The translations under genes were made by a program, and so were the position numbers. DNA of 64,000 nucleotides from Pelagomonas calceolata (lineage: Eukaryota), in assembly GCA_918797485.1 (NCBI GenBank), contig CAKKNE010000002.1:2294001-2358000 (forward strand). The letters are read 5' to 3'. Of the stretch, positions 42,406 to 53,779 are shown piece after piece. The notes below the pieces were generated by a model, which made no database searches, was not told the DNA's origin, and worked only from the letters and a program-made list of their open reading frames with translations. The number at the start of each line of letters is the position of its first letter. Positions within the stretch are counted from its first letter, which is position 1.

Positions 42406-44496
42406 ATGCGCCGGGTCGTGGCGCTGAGCCTCATCGCTGCAGCAGCGGTGGCGCTTGCGCCGTCGCCGCTGCGCATCCGCGACCGGCTCGCCGCGGGCGT
42501 CCGACGGCCCGCCGCGAAGGACTACTACGCCTTTCGACGGGAAAACGACGAGACGGTGCTCGACCGGACGGACGAGGAGACCGAGGTCGAGGCCGACGAC
42601 GCCGAGGCGCCGCTCGTCAGGGGGCAGTCGCTCTACCACGAGCGGCACAAGAAAGAAATCGAGGACGGGATCCTCTCGCACCTGACGGAATTGGGCTTGA
42701 CGCTCAAGGAGGCCGCCGAGGCGCTCATGGGCGGCCACGACGACGACGTCGTGGCCTTCAGCGAGACGGGCGAGTACCGCGACCTCCAGAAGCACGCGCG
42801 GGCCATGGAGCAGGAGCACCTGCGGGAGCTCCTCGAGGACCCGCAGCGCTTCAAGGCCATGTCGCTGGAGGCCAAACACTGCGGCGTCTTCCTGGACTGG
42901 ACGCGGCAGAAGGTCTCCGAGGGAACGATGGCCAAGCTCTTCGAGCTGGCGCGGACCATGGACGTGCCCGCGAAGATCAAGCAGATGCAGAACGGGGAGC
43001 GCATCAACACGTCCGAGCGCCGCGCCGTGCTCCACACGGCGCTGCGGGCGCGGCGCGGCGACGCGCACCACGACGTCTCCGAGAACGTCGCGCGGTACAC
43101 GTCGATGTTGGAAGAGGCCGTGCCCATCGACGACGCCATCAAGGCTTCGTGTGATGTGCGGGACCGCCTGCTGGCCTTCGTCGACGACGTGCGGAACGGG
43201 CGGGTCCGGTCCGTCCGCGGCGAGCCCTTCGAGTCTGTGGTGGTGGTCGGCATCGGCGGGTCGTACCTGGGCCCGGAGTTCGTGACGCAGGCGACGGCGG
43301 GCGAGAAGGCGCCGGCGGAGGACGGGCGGCGCGTCGACGTGCGCTTCGTCGCGAACGTCGACCCCGTGGCGTTCGACGTCGCGACGGAGGGCCTCGACGC
43401 GACGAAGACCTTGGCGATCGTCGTGTCCAAGTCCTGGACGACGGCGGAGACGCTGCGCAACGCCCAGAAGGTGCGCCGGTGGATCGTCGACGGGTGCGTC
43501 GAGAAGGACGCGCGGCTGTCCGAGCCGCAGATCGTGCGCGCGCACTTCGTGGCCTGCGCGTCGCGCACGGCGTCGGCCGAGGTCGAGGCCTGGGGCGTCG
43601 ACAGCGACGCGCGCCTTTTTGAATTTTGGAACTGGGTCGGCGGCCGCTACTCGTCGACGTCGTCGGCGGGCGTGCTGCCGCTGGCGCTCGCGCGCGGGTC
43701 GACGGCGGCGCGCGCCTTCCTGGACGGCGCGCGGGCCATGGACGAGCACTTCTTCGCCGAGCCCCTCGAGACGAACGTGCCCGTGGTCATGGCGCTCCTG
43801 GGCATCTGGAACGTGAACTTTCTCGGGCTCGGCGCGCGCGCCGTCGTGCCGTACTCGGAAGCTTTAGCGCGCTTCGCCGCCCACGTCCAGCAGCTCGAGA
43901 TGGAGTCGCACGGCAAGTCCGTGACCATCGACGGGCGGCCGCTGGACTTCGTCACGGGCGAGATCGTCATCGGCGAGCCCGGGACGAACGCGCAACACTC
44001 CTTTTTCCAGTTGCTCCACCAGGGCCAGGCCGTGCCGACGGACTTCATCGGCTTCCTGCGGCCGGACGACGCCACGTCGGACCTCGCGGGCCACGACGAG
44101 CTCATGTCTAACTTTTTCGCCCAGCCCGACGCGCTCGCCGTCGGCCGCGCCTTCGAGGACGTGCTCGGCGACGCCATGGGCGCGGACGGCGGCGACCTCG
44201 AGAACTGCCCGCACCGGACGCTGTCGGGCGACCGGCCGTCGCTGACGCTGCTGCTCGACAAGCTCGACGCGTTCCACGTCGGCGCGCTGCTCAGCCTCTA
44301 CGAGCACCGCTGCGCCGTCCAGGGCTTCGTCTGGGACATCAACTCCTTCGACCAGTGGGGCGTGCAGCTGGGCAAGGACCTCGCGGGCGACGTGCGCGCG
44401 AACATCCGCGGCGAGGCCGGCGCGCCGCGGATGAACCCGTCGACGGCCGCGCTGCTCGAGAGGTATCGGGTCGCGACGCGGGCCGCGCCGCCGTAA
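42406..44496 (+). CDS. GPI: Glucose-6-phosphate isomerase with signal peptide (likely plastid)
   Basis: VLHTALR, GIGGSYLGP, WVGGRYS, QQLEMESHGK, INSFDQWGVQLGK. Confidence 0.95.
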   Translation: MRRVVALSLIAAAAVALAPSPLRIRDRLAAGVRRPAAKDYYAFRRENDETVLDRTDEETEVEADDAEAPLVRGQSLYHERHKKEIEDGILSHLTELGLTLKEAAEALMGGHDDDVVAFSETGEYRDLQKHARAMEQEHLRELLEDPQRFKAMSLEAKHCGVFLDWTRQKVSEGTMAKLFELARTMDVPAKIKQMQNGERINTSERRAVLHTALRARRGDAHHDVSENVARYTSMLEEAVPIDDAIKASCDVRDRLLAFVDDVRNGRVRSVRGEPFESVVVVGIGGSYLGPEFVTQATAGEKAPAEDGRRVDVRFVANVDPVAFDVATEGLDATKTLAIVVSKSWTTAETLRNAQKVRRWIVDGCVEKDARLSEPQIVRAHFVACASRTASAEVEAWGVDSDARLFEFWNWVGGRYSSTSSAGVLPLALARGSTAARAFLDGARAMDEHFFAEPLETNVPVVMALLGIWNVNFLGLGARAVVPYSEALARFAAHVQQLEMESHGKSVTIDGRPLDFVTGEIVIGEPGTNAQHSFFQLLHQGQAVPTDFIGFLRPDDATSDLAGHDELMSNFFAQPDALAVGRAFEDVLGDAMGADGGDLENCPHRTLSGDRPSLTLLLDKLDAFHVGALLSLYEHRCAVQGFVWDINSFDQWGVQLGKDLAGDVRANIRGEAGAPRMNPSTAALLERYRVATRAAPP

Positions 44497-44699
44497 TTTG
44501 CCACGGAAATCTAGTTGCCCCTACTAGCTGCGAACTCCTTATGAGCGCTGGGGAAGAGAGAACTAGCCACGGAAGTCTAGTTGCCCCTAGGGAAGGCCGG
44601 CTCGACTGCGAACTCCTTATGAGCGCTGGGGGAGAGAAGGAAACGACACGCGGGGTATCGCGCCGCGCGACGACGTCGTAGGCCGCGGCGGCCTGCGCG

Positions 44700-45695
44700 G
44701 GAACGAGGTTCGGTCTCGGACGGTCGATGGAGGCGGACGCCGGAGTCGCGCTGCTTGCGGCGACGCGTAGGTGCCGTTCTTCTTGTGGGACTTGTCGGTC
44801 GACGCGTTCTCGCTCGTCACCGAGAACGTGTAGAGCTGGTTGCCGTTGTCGTCCGTCACGAGAAATCCATTGGCGCGCGCCTTGAGCACGCCGAAGCCGA
44901 GCGCGGTGAGCCCGCCGCCGTTCCCGCTGACGCGAGCGTGCTGCGCGCGCGAAGCAGCGGACGCCGAAAAAAGTACGCGACGAGCCGCGAGCCCGCCTGC
45001 AACGAGCCGCTCGAGCCCGCGCGCGAGCGGTAGGCCGGACTCGTGGCCACGGCGTGGCAGTAGACCGCGGTGTCTCTCCTGTGTTGAAAAGCGTAAATAG
45101 AGGCCGTCGCTGGGGCGAACGGGTCCCGACGCCGACGCGCTCACCACTCGAAGGAGATCACCGCGAGGACCTGCGCGAATCACGAAGTCACTTCCGCAGT
45201 CGATCATGGCTGCGCCGGGACCGCACGCCCAGGACGTCACTTTCGAGGCTCGCCTCCCAGAGCTGCGCGCGGGGGGCGCGGTCGACGGCGTCGCGCGCGA
45301 AGCGAATTTTCGGGCGCGCGCGCGCGCGCGCGCGCACTCTCGCAACGGCCACGTGCTGCGCGGCGCGCGGGCTCTCGCGGGGCGGGCGGGCGCCTTACCT
45401 CGGCGAAGGCGCCGCCCGCGCGCGACGTGACGACGTTAATCCAGTGGTCTTCGGCGTGGCCCGCGAACGCCTGCGCGGGGGGCGTGAGGCGGCGGCGCGG
45501 TCGCGTCGGGTCCCGCGCGGGGCGGCGGGGCGAAATTGCGGGCCGCGCGGGCCAAACGCGGCGGCGCACGTCGGTCAGGATGTCGGCCATGCCCCAGGCC
45601 CGGCCTTCGCTGCTGGGCCCCCGCTCCACCCGGAAGGTGCAGCCGGTCCAGTCGTCGCGCGCCTCGTTCTTGTGGTTGTTCTCGTCCGTCGCCAT
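44700..45695 (-). CDS. Putative multi-exon gene of unknown function; 3' end unresolved
   Basis: ATG at 45695, short coding-like blocks separated by GT...GCGCAG segments. Confidence 0.35.
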
Positions 45696-45942
45696 GGTCC
45701 TCTGCGCCGCGCTTGCGCCGTAGACGGCCGCCGCCCCAGATCGTTCTGCGCTCTGCGATTTTTTTGATTCGCAAAGGGGCCTTGCGCCCCCCGGCCGGGT
45801 CCGCGGCCCCCGCGCGGCGCGGGAGGGCTCGGGGGCCTTGGGGGAGGCAATCCTACGGAGTTCCTAGTCGCTGAAGGCGTCGGGGACCCGTCAACGCGCG
45901 TCGCGCGGCCGGAGACAAAATGCCCCTACTACTTAACAAGCT

Positions 45943-48900
45943 TCACCGAAACGCTTCCCGCGCTACTGAACGCTTCCTCGCCGAGTCGAGCTTCCGATTT
46001 GTCGCCGCGAGCGCATCACGCGACGCGGCCAAGCGTGCCCGGGACGTTGCGAGTCGGTCGTCACCCGTCGTTCGCGCACGCGATGGTCCGCACCGCGATT
46101 TCTTGGAGGATGTCGGCGGTGGTGGCGGCGGGGCGTCATCAACGCGAGGCGACGGTGCCCGGGGCGAGGTCGGCTCGCGACCTCGGCGGCGCACGTCGAG
46201 GCCGTAGAACTCGCCGTCCGGCGGCGGCAGCCAGGTACAGAAGCACCGCCGCCACTTGTAGGCGCGGATCACTCGCGGCATGAGATCGCCTGCCGCGTCG
46301 GCGAGCGCCGCCTCCGCCGCGACCGGATCACTTGCACGCTCGATGCGCATACACAGCTCGACGAGAGCCGGCGTCAGCACCAGGCCGCTCTCCCCGCACA
46401 ACAAGCGTTCGAACGCGGCCATGCGCCGCAGCTCGGCGGCCGCCGCCACCTCCGGCCACCGAGAGTCGGAGGGTATGTCCGTCAACGCTTGGGACGCGGT
46501 CTCGTCATCACCCGCCTCGCAGGCCGCTCGCAGCCGCCGCCGCGCCTGGAGCGCGCTCTCGACCCTCGCATACGCGGCGCGGGCCTCCCGCACGCCACCC
46601 AGGCCCACGGCCTCCGCCGCGTCCAGCAAAGCGGGAACGTCCTCTCCGGCCCGGAGCGGGTCGGCAACGAAGGCATCCAGGTCCCGCGCGAGCCGCTCCT
46701 CCCGGTGAACACGGTCGAGGTCGTCCGCGGCGGCGCGTATCGGGGGGAGGTTCCCGAGGCCCAAGGCCTGCGCTTCCCTGAGCCTCGCCTGCAGCGCCTT
46801 TGCGTCCCTCCGAGCGTGCGCCGCTTCTACCGCTTCGAGGGCGGCGCCGTTCCGGCGCAGCACCGCGCACCGCGCGGCGACCGTCTCTACGAGGTCCCTA
46901 ATAGCGCGCTGCGCCGGCCGGCGCCGGCGCCACGGCAGCAGGGCCGTTTCCAAATCCCGAAGCGCCGCCGCGTCGACCGGTCGACCGGCATCGCGACCGT
47001 AGGCCGCTTTGAGCGCGGAAATACGCTCGCGCTGCCCCCGAAGCGCGCGGCGACACGAGGCGCCGCGCGCCCACCGATTCAAAATCGAGGCGGCGGACCG
47101 CGCAACCCGGGCCCGCTTCGCCCGTTCCAGGGCGGACCGCCGCCGCCGCCGCGCCGCGCCGAAGCGCGCCCGGAACGCCCGCCAGGCCGCCTGGATGAGC
47201 TTCGCGAAGCGGCCCAGCCGCTGGGCGCGGAGCCGCTCGAGCGCGCCACGCGCGCGGCCGTCCTTGATGAACACTTTTGTGCGGCCCACGCAGACGTCGA
47301 ACGGCCCGTCGAAGAGGCCCTTCACGGCCGGCGCCGCGAGGACGCGCTCGCACGTCTCCTGCGGCGAGCCGATCGCGTTGCCGACGAGCACCGCGTAGCG
47401 CTTCGCGAAGGAGGCGTGGGTCTCGCGGTGCGCGTAGCCGGCCCGCCGGATGCGGATCGCCTCGAAGAGGCCCGAGTAGCGCAGCTGCTCGAGGCAGAGC
47501 GGCGCGTCGAAGGCGTCCGGCTGCTTCAGCGCGTTCGACTTGATGCACCGAATGAAGTGGGGCTGCGTCTTTTCCAGGACGCGCGTTAGGCCCGCGAGCT
47601 GCTTCCGGAAGGCCGAGCCCAGCGTCTTCGTCCGCGCGTCGTCCGCGAAGAACGACGCCACGAGGCGATTTCCCGTCGCGCCCAACGTTTTCAGCGTCGT
47701 CGAGAGCTTGTCGCGATTCTTGGCCACGAAGCCCCGCGTTTCGTAGGCCACCGCGCCGGCGAAGTGCCGCACGGCGAACTGCGCGCCGTCCGGGCCCCGC
47801 GCCTCGAAGTGCGGGTTCTTCCGCGCGAACGTCGCGGCGCACTTGGCGCCGAAGCGGTCGTCCCGCGCGCCCTCGCCGCCCTGGCACTCGTCGTCGAGCA
47901 GCGAGAAGAGGTTGACGGGCCGGCCGTCGAAGAGGGCCACGCACCGGGCGTTGTCCTCGAACTGGACGTGGGCGAACGGGACGCCCTCCTCCTCGTAGGT
48001 CCGGAGCTCCTCGCCGAAGACGCACGCGTCGAAGAACAGCTGCAGCTTCTCGTTCGCGTAGTTGATGCAGAGCTGCTCGAACGAGTTGTGGCGGAAGACC
48101 TCGAAGCCGAAGATGTCCAGGACCCCGATGCTGCTGCTCGTCGGCGAGTCGCCTCGGCGGAGCGACTCGTTGACGCGCCGGACGAGGTAGTCGAAGAGGC
48201 CCCCGTACAACGCCTTGGCGAGGGCGTCCCGCGCCGAGCGCGCCTGCTTCGTCGTGAGGCGCAGCGTGACGATGGAGCCCCGGCCCATGCGCTCCGTCCG
48301 CGTCGTCACGGCCGTTTCGACTTCGGTCGCGTCGAGGCCCAAGAGAGGCGCGCACCGCCCGATCGACGTCTCAGCGTTCACGCACCTCGCGTCGTCGCCG
48401 TCGAACTCGGCGCAGCCCAGGTGAAGGACGGCCGCGACGATGTCCAGGACGTCTTGCCGGTCCGTCACGCCGAGGGCGTCGAGGGCCCGCAGCTGCGTCG
48501 CGAACTCTTGGGCGTCATCTATACCATCAATACGCAGACAGCCGCCCCGCGCGAGGTACGGGAACTCGCGCGCCTCGCCTTCGATATCGCTCAGGACCTG
48601 GTACAGCGCGTGGTACGTCCGTTCCCCGGGCCCGCACCCGACGACCCGCGACTTCTCCAGCAGGTACGTGTCGATGGCGCACCCGGCCACGCGGCGGTTG
48701 GCGTCGAACGCCACGGTCATCCACTTGCCGAAGCGGCTCGAGTTGTCGTTCCGGAGCGTCTTCGCGTTACCGTAGGCTTCGAGGACCGGGTTCGACTCGA
48801 GGATGCGCCGCGCGACGTCGTCCTGGGCCCCGCCGGCGACGCGCGCTAGATAAGAGAGGATGATTTTTGTGGTCTCCGTCTTGCCGGCGCCGCTCTCGCC

Positions 48901-49356
48901 GGAGACGAGCACGGACTGCGGCGCGCCGGTCTCTCGGAGCGCGTCGTAGCATCGCGACGCGACGGCGTAGGCGTGCGGCGCGGTCGCGTCCGCCCGGAAC
49001 GCGTCGACGATCCTGTTGGAGTAGATCGGCAGCTTCTTGAACGGGTTCACGGCGATGAGGATCGACCCGACCCAGGTGTAGATGACCGACGCCTCGAAGC
49101 GCCGGCGGACGTGGTGCAGGATGCTGCCCTCCGTGAAGACGTCGAGGTCGCACAGGTCGTCGCCGCGCGCGTTCAGCGCGCGCCCCGCCTCGGCGACTTG
49201 TGACATGCGCGCCTCCCGCCGGCGGCCGTCGACGTTCAAACTGACGACGCGTGAGCCCCGCCGATCGACGCGGCCCAGCGTCCACGCCCTCTGGGGGTCC
49301 TGGACAAAGAGCCATTCTCCCCTGTCTAGCGACGAGCGGCGCCGCAGAGCAGTCAT
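45943..49356 (-). CDS. Myosin heavy chain (motor, IQ, tail)
   Basis: GESGAGKT, LEAYGNAKTLRNDNSSRFGK, LDIFGFE, PHFIRCIK. Confidence 0.95.
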   Translation of the reverse strand: MTALRRRSSLDRGEWLFVQDPQRAWTLGRVDRRGSRVVSLNVDGRRREARMSQVAEAGRALNARGDDLCDLDVFTEGSILHHVRRRFEASVIYTWVGSILIAVNPFKKLPIYSNRIVDAFRADATAPHAYAVASRCYDALRETGAPQSVLVSGESGAGKTETTKIILSYLARVAGGAQDDVARRILESNPVLEAYGNAKTLRNDNSSRFGKWMTVAFDANRRVAGCAIDTYLLEKSRVVGCGPGERTYHALYQVLSDIEGEAREFPYLARGGCLRIDGIDDAQEFATQLRALDALGVTDRQDVLDIVAAVLHLGCAEFDGDDARCVNAETSIGRCAPLLGLDATEVETAVTTRTERMGRGSIVTLRLTTKQARSARDALAKALYGGLFDYLVRRVNESLRRGDSPTSSSIGVLDIFGFEVFRHNSFEQLCINYANEKLQLFFDACVFGEELRTYEEEGVPFAHVQFEDNARCVALFDGRPVNLFSLLDDECQGGEGARDDRFGAKCAATFARKNPHFEARGPDGAQFAVRHFAGAVAYETRGFVAKNRDKLSTTLKTLGATGNRLVASFFADDARTKTLGSAFRKQLAGLTRVLEKTQPHFIRCIKSNALKQPDAFDAPLCLEQLRYSGLFEAIRIRRAGYAHRETHASFAKRYAVLVGNAIGSPQETCERVLAAPAVKGLFDGPFDVCVGRTKVFIKDGRARGALERLRAQRLGRFAKLIQAAWRAFRARFGAARRRRRSALERAKRARVARSAASILNRWARGASCRRALRGQRERISALKAAYGRDAGRPVDAAALRDLETALLPWRRRRPAQRAIRDLVETVAARCAVLRRNGAALEAVEAAHARRDAKALQARLREAQALGLGNLPPIRAAADDLDRVHREERLARDLDAFVADPLRAGEDVPALLDAAEAVGLGGVREARAAYARVESALQARRRLRAACEAGDDETASQALTDIPSDSRWPEVAAAAELRRMAAFERLLCGESGLVLTPALVELCMRIERASDPVAAEAALADAAGDLMPRVIRAYKWRRCFCTWLPPPDGEFYGLDVRRRGREPTSPRAPSPRVDDAPPPPPPTSSKKSRCGPSRARTTGDDRLATSRARLAASRDALAATNRKLDSARKRSVAREAFR

Positions 49357-49573
49357 ATGTGTTACAAGCGCCGCCTGCGCATAGAACAAGCTGCAATGGC
49401 TGCCCCGCGAGGCGGCCTGCAGGGCAGCCGTGCCCATAAACTGGAGCTTGCTAGTCTAGTGTCTTACAGGCCGCTAGCTTCGGATCCCTGTCTCCACCCC
49501 TAGAACCGCAACAACGAAGGAACCCTGGAAGCTAGTCCTAGCACTGTAACAAGGGGTCACCTGGAAGCACATC

Positions 49574-51940
49574 CTAAGGCATCATTAGGGCCAGCTCCGC
49601 GTCTTCCTCCGGGGGCGGCGGCGGCGGCGCGACCTCCTCGGGCTCGCCCGGCCACCGCCGTAGAGCCAGCACCTCGGGCAATTCGTCGGGCGCCACGTAG
49701 CGCGACACGACGTCGGACGCCTCGCCGCGGTCGTCGAGGCCGAGCAGAGTGGCGACGTGCTGCGCGAGGCCGAGGCCCTCGCGCACGGCGGCCGCGACCT
49801 CGACGCCGCCCCCGAGGCCCGCGGCCAGCGCCGCCCGCAGGGCGCGCACGTCCCGGTCGAGCTGCAGCGCCCCGAGCGGCGTCGCCTTCTTGACGCGGGC
49901 CCGGTCCCGCAGCTCCTCCAACAGTGCGTCGCCGGCGGCCGCCGCGGTCCGGCGCGCCGCGTCCACGAGATTTCGAGGCGCGAGATGCGCCGTCGCTCGT
50001 GGCGCGCACGCGTCCGCGGCGCGGCGCGCCGCGGCGCCAAAGTCGTCGACGCGGCCCAAGGCCTCGTAGAGCGCCTCGGCGCAGGCCCAGCGGTGCGGCG
50101 CGACCGCGTCGGTGTCGCCGAGCGCGAAGCGTGCGCGCGCGCCGACGTCGCCGCGGCCCGCGATCGACCGCGCGATGGGCTGGGCGAGCGCCGTCGACGC
50201 CAGCGCCGCCCGAGCCTTCTCGAGCGCGTCGCCGAACGCCTCTCCCGCCGAGCCGCGGCGCCCCAGCGCCGCCACGGCCTCCAGTAGTTTCGCCACGGCC
50301 GGGTCGCCGCGGTCGGAGCCGTACGACGCGCCGACCTCGTCTTCGAGGTGCAGCCGCAGCCGCCCGAGGTGCGCCTCGCAGGCCGCGTCCAGCCCGTTGA
50401 GCGCGACCTGCGCCTCGACCAGCTTCGTCCGCAGCGTCCGGTCGCGCTCCGCGGCCGCGCGCCGCGCGAGGCCCGGGTCGACGACGCCCTCCTCCAGTTC
50501 CAGGCCCGTCGCCTCGGAGATGTTCGCGAGCACCTGGGCCGTGCCCGCCGCGAGGGCCTCGCCGTGCTGCTGGAGCCCCGCGCCCACCGCTTTCAGAGTC
50601 TCGTCGGCCGTCCCGCCCGCCAGCGCGCCCCCGAAGCCCTCGTGGGCCTTGATGAGCGCGCCCGCGCCCGCGAGCCCGTCGAAGCACCGCGTCGCGAGGC
50701 CGTGCAGCGTCTCGCGCGCCAGGCGGTCGCACACAAAGGCCACGACGTTGTCCGCCGCGGCCGCGTGGCCCGACGAGAGCGCCCGCGCCGCGGACCGGCG
50801 CGCGGCCCAGAAGGCGTCGTCGGCCGACGAGCCGTGCGCGACCGTCGCCGCCGCCGCCGCGTCCCCGAAGACGTCGACGTCGTCGCGCACCAGCGACGCG
50901 ACGACGTCCGCCGACGTGTCCAACGTCTCGGCCGCGCGGAGCGCCGCGAGGCAGAGGCGGCACTCGAGCACCGCGTACCACTCGCCGAGCTCCGCCGCCG
51001 CGGCGTTCAGGCGCGTCTCCGCCCCGAAGACGTCCTCGCGCAGCACGCTCCGGGCCTGGTGCGCCGCGAAGCGCCGCCACGTCTCCAGGTGCCGCAGCGC
51101 CGTCGCCGCGTCCTCCAGCAGCCCGTCCAGCGCGTCCAGCGCCATGGCCGCCGGGCCCTCGGTCGGCCACCGGTCGTCCCGGAGCGCCTCCGCCGCGCAC
51201 GACGCGATCCTCGAGTCCGCGGCGAAGCGCGCCACGCACGTCAGCGACGCCGTCTCGCAGGCGTCGTGGGCGAGGAGCAGCGCCCGCGGCCCGCCGCGGT
51301 GCGCCTCGAGCGCGCCGTGGGCCTGGGCCAGCGTCGACGACACGACGCCCGCGACGGCGTTGATCGCCGTCCGCAGCGTCACGAGCGGCGGGCTCTCCGC
51401 GTCCTGGAGCACCTTGGACACGGCCTGGCGCAGGTCCTCGCGGAAGTGGTCCAGGAACGCCTCGGTCGCGGCCTCGTCCGCCAAATTCAACTCCTTGAGC
51501 AGCGGCAGCCACCGCCGCACGGCGTCCCCGTCGCGCGCGACGCAGGCCTCCCGGAACCGGTCGCGCACGACGCCCTCGACGCGCGCCGTGCAGCGCCGCA
51601 TGGCCTCGAGCTCGCCCTCGAGCGCGGGGCCGCCCGCCCGCGCCGCGCCCTCGATCAACCGAAACTTGGCGACGTGCGCCGCCGCGGTCTCGAGGTCGTC
51701 CGTCGCCACCGCCGCGTCGACGCCGGCCGCGCAGTCCCGCAGCGAGAGCACGTCGGTCGCCGCCTGGATGGCTTGCGCGAGCCGCGCCCGCCGGTCGTCC
51801 GCGCGCCGGATCCGCTCGGCGAGGGCCCCCGCGCGCCGCGCGGCGTCCTCGCTCCGGCCGCACAGCGCCTCGAGCCGCGGCGCCGTGCGCGCGACGTTCG
51901 CGGCGTGGAAGGCGATTTTTTCTGCCGTTGTGGCTGCCAT
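49574..51940 (-). CDS. COG4: Conserved oligomeric Golgi complex subunit 4-like
   Basis: DLETAAAHV, DDAFWAARR, LGALQLDRDVRAL. Confidence 0.75.
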   Translation of the reverse strand: MAATTAEKIAFHAANVARTAPRLEALCGRSEDAARRAGALAERIRRADDRRARLAQAIQAATDVLSLRDCAAGVDAAVATDDLETAAAHVAKFRLIEGAARAGGPALEGELEAMRRCTARVEGVVRDRFREACVARDGDAVRRWLPLLKELNLADEAATEAFLDHFREDLRQAVSKVLQDAESPPLVTLRTAINAVAGVVSSTLAQAHGALEAHRGGPRALLLAHDACETASLTCVARFAADSRIASCAAEALRDDRWPTEGPAAMALDALDGLLEDAATALRHLETWRRFAAHQARSVLREDVFGAETRLNAAAAELGEWYAVLECRLCLAALRAAETLDTSADVVASLVRDDVDVFGDAAAAATVAHGSSADDAFWAARRSAARALSSGHAAAADNVVAFVCDRLARETLHGLATRCFDGLAGAGALIKAHEGFGGALAGGTADETLKAVGAGLQQHGEALAAGTAQVLANISEATGLELEEGVVDPGLARRAAAERDRTLRTKLVEAQVALNGLDAACEAHLGRLRLHLEDEVGASYGSDRGDPAVAKLLEAVAALGRRGSAGEAFGDALEKARAALASTALAQPIARSIAGRGDVGARARFALGDTDAVAPHRWACAEALYEALGRVDDFGAAARRAADACAPRATAHLAPRNLVDAARRTAAAAGDALLEELRDRARVKKATPLGALQLDRDVRALRAALAAGLGGGVEVAAAVREGLGLAQHVATLLGLDDRGEASDVVSRYVAPDELPEVLALRRWPGEPEEVAPPPPPPEEDAELALMMP

Positions 51941-52376
51941 TTGTTTAGTTGGCTGGCCGCAACCAATGAATTATGTCGAGGCAGACCCGCGTCGGCTCCG
52001 CGGCTAGCTCTTAAATATATGCTTTTAGCCAAAAAAAGTCTTTGTGTGGGCGTCTCCGTCGGTTCAGCGTTGTTGGTTAGCGCACACTTGATACCTTTTT
52101 TTGCGTTTCACTGGCAAACGCGCCGCACGGGCAGGCTGTGGACTCCGGCGCCGGCGCCGACTTTGGGGCTGGGCTTGCTAGTGTCTTACACCGCTAGCGG
52201 CACACGCGAGTGGAAGGATAGATCCTCTCAAAGAATTCCTGTCAACACATTCGCCGGGGGGGCTACGTTGCGCCCTGGTCCAAACCAGCGTCGAATGACA
52301 GGGTGGGCTGCCTAAACAGCGAGGGTCTCCGCGGGAATTCAAAAGGCACAGCTCGCTGCAGCCTCGAATTGGGGCC

Positions 52377-53318
52377 ATGGCGCCGTCCATCCTCACGAAC
52401 CTCGGCTGCGCCGGCGGCGCCGCGGTGATCACAGTGACGTTTATACACCCCATCGACACGGTCAAGACGCGCCTCCAGGTCTCGGGCACGGGCAACGCGC
52501 GGAACTATGCGGAGCTCGGCCTGGCGGGGACGTGCTCGACGATTGCCAAGGAGGAGGGCATCGCCGCCTTCTGGAAGGGCATCCCCGCGGCGTGGATGCG
52601 CGAGGCGTCGTACACGTCCTTCCGGCTGGGCCTCTACGCGCCGCTGAAGAAGGCGTTCGGGGCGGACAAGCCGGACTCGCCGTTTATCATGAAATTCGCG
52701 GCGGGCGGTGCGTCGGGCGGTACGCGGCCCGGCGTCGCGATTGTTGATTTCCCGGTCGGCCGCGTCAACTGAGGAACGTGACCCCGCGCAGGCCTCGGCT
52801 CCATCGTCGGCAACCCGTTCGACATCCTCAAGACGAAGATGATGGCGTCCGAGACGGGTCTAGGATTGGGCGCGACGGCCTCGTCCATCTACAGCAACCA
52901 GGGCCTCATCGGCTTCTACAAGGGCATCGACGCGAACATCATGCGCGCCATTGTCAATAATGGTACGAAGATGGCCTGCTACGACCAGTCCAAGTCCCTC
53001 ATCAAGAACAACGCGCCGGCGCCGCTCAACGATGGCGTGCCGCTCCAGGCGCTCGCGTCCTTCGTGGCGGGCTTCTTCATGACGTGCACGGTCGCGCCCT
53101 TCGACATCTGCCGCACGCGACTGATGAACCAGCCGGCGGACAAGCCGAAAATCTACAACAACCTCTTCGACACGTTCGTCAAGATCGCGACGCAGGAGGG
53201 CCCGCTCGCGCTCTGGCGGGGCTTTATCCCGATGTGGGCACGTATCGCGCCGACGACGACGCTGCAGCTGCTCTTCTTCGAGAAGTTCACCAAACTCGCG
53301 GGCATCTCGGCGACGTAG
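52377..53318 (+). CDS. Mitochondrial carrier (2-oxoglutarate/malate or UCP-like); exons 52377-52719, 52792-53318
   Basis: Three Px[DE]xx[KR]x[KR] signatures; 72-bp GT-AG intron without TIRs. Confidence 0.9.
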
Positions 53319-53779
53319 AGTCCTCGTTCGGTCGTGCCCCTCGTGACGCCGGGGCGGCGGTGGCGAGGGGGTGTAAATTTTGCGCACATACGCTTCTTTG
53401 TAAGGGCGCATGTGTGGCTTACTGGCCAAGTTCGGCAGTCGATGTTACGGTGCTAGGACTAGTGGGCGGAGCCCCTGGGGGGGAGACACCGCGCGTCGCC
53501 GATTTATCGGCGGCGGGCGCGGGCCGTTTCTTTCATAACAGCGTACATAACAGCGTACCTCCCCCTTAAGGATAGCTAGCGAGAGAGTCACTAGCACACA
53601 CCGGCTTTGCAAGCTCACCACACTTGCATGCCTACCTGCTTGCACCAGCAGCTCGTGCGCGGGAGTGAATATACTTGCTGCACCGCTTGTCTTCACTGGC
53701 GCAGCGCACTTGCTGCACTCATCACAGGTCTATCACTGCTGGCTGACCCAGCACTGAGCTCAGCAGCTCACGCGCAAAA

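Noticed and set aside
52720..52791. Mitochondrial carrier intron as an introner
   Set aside because: No TSD or TIR; ordinary GT-AG intron
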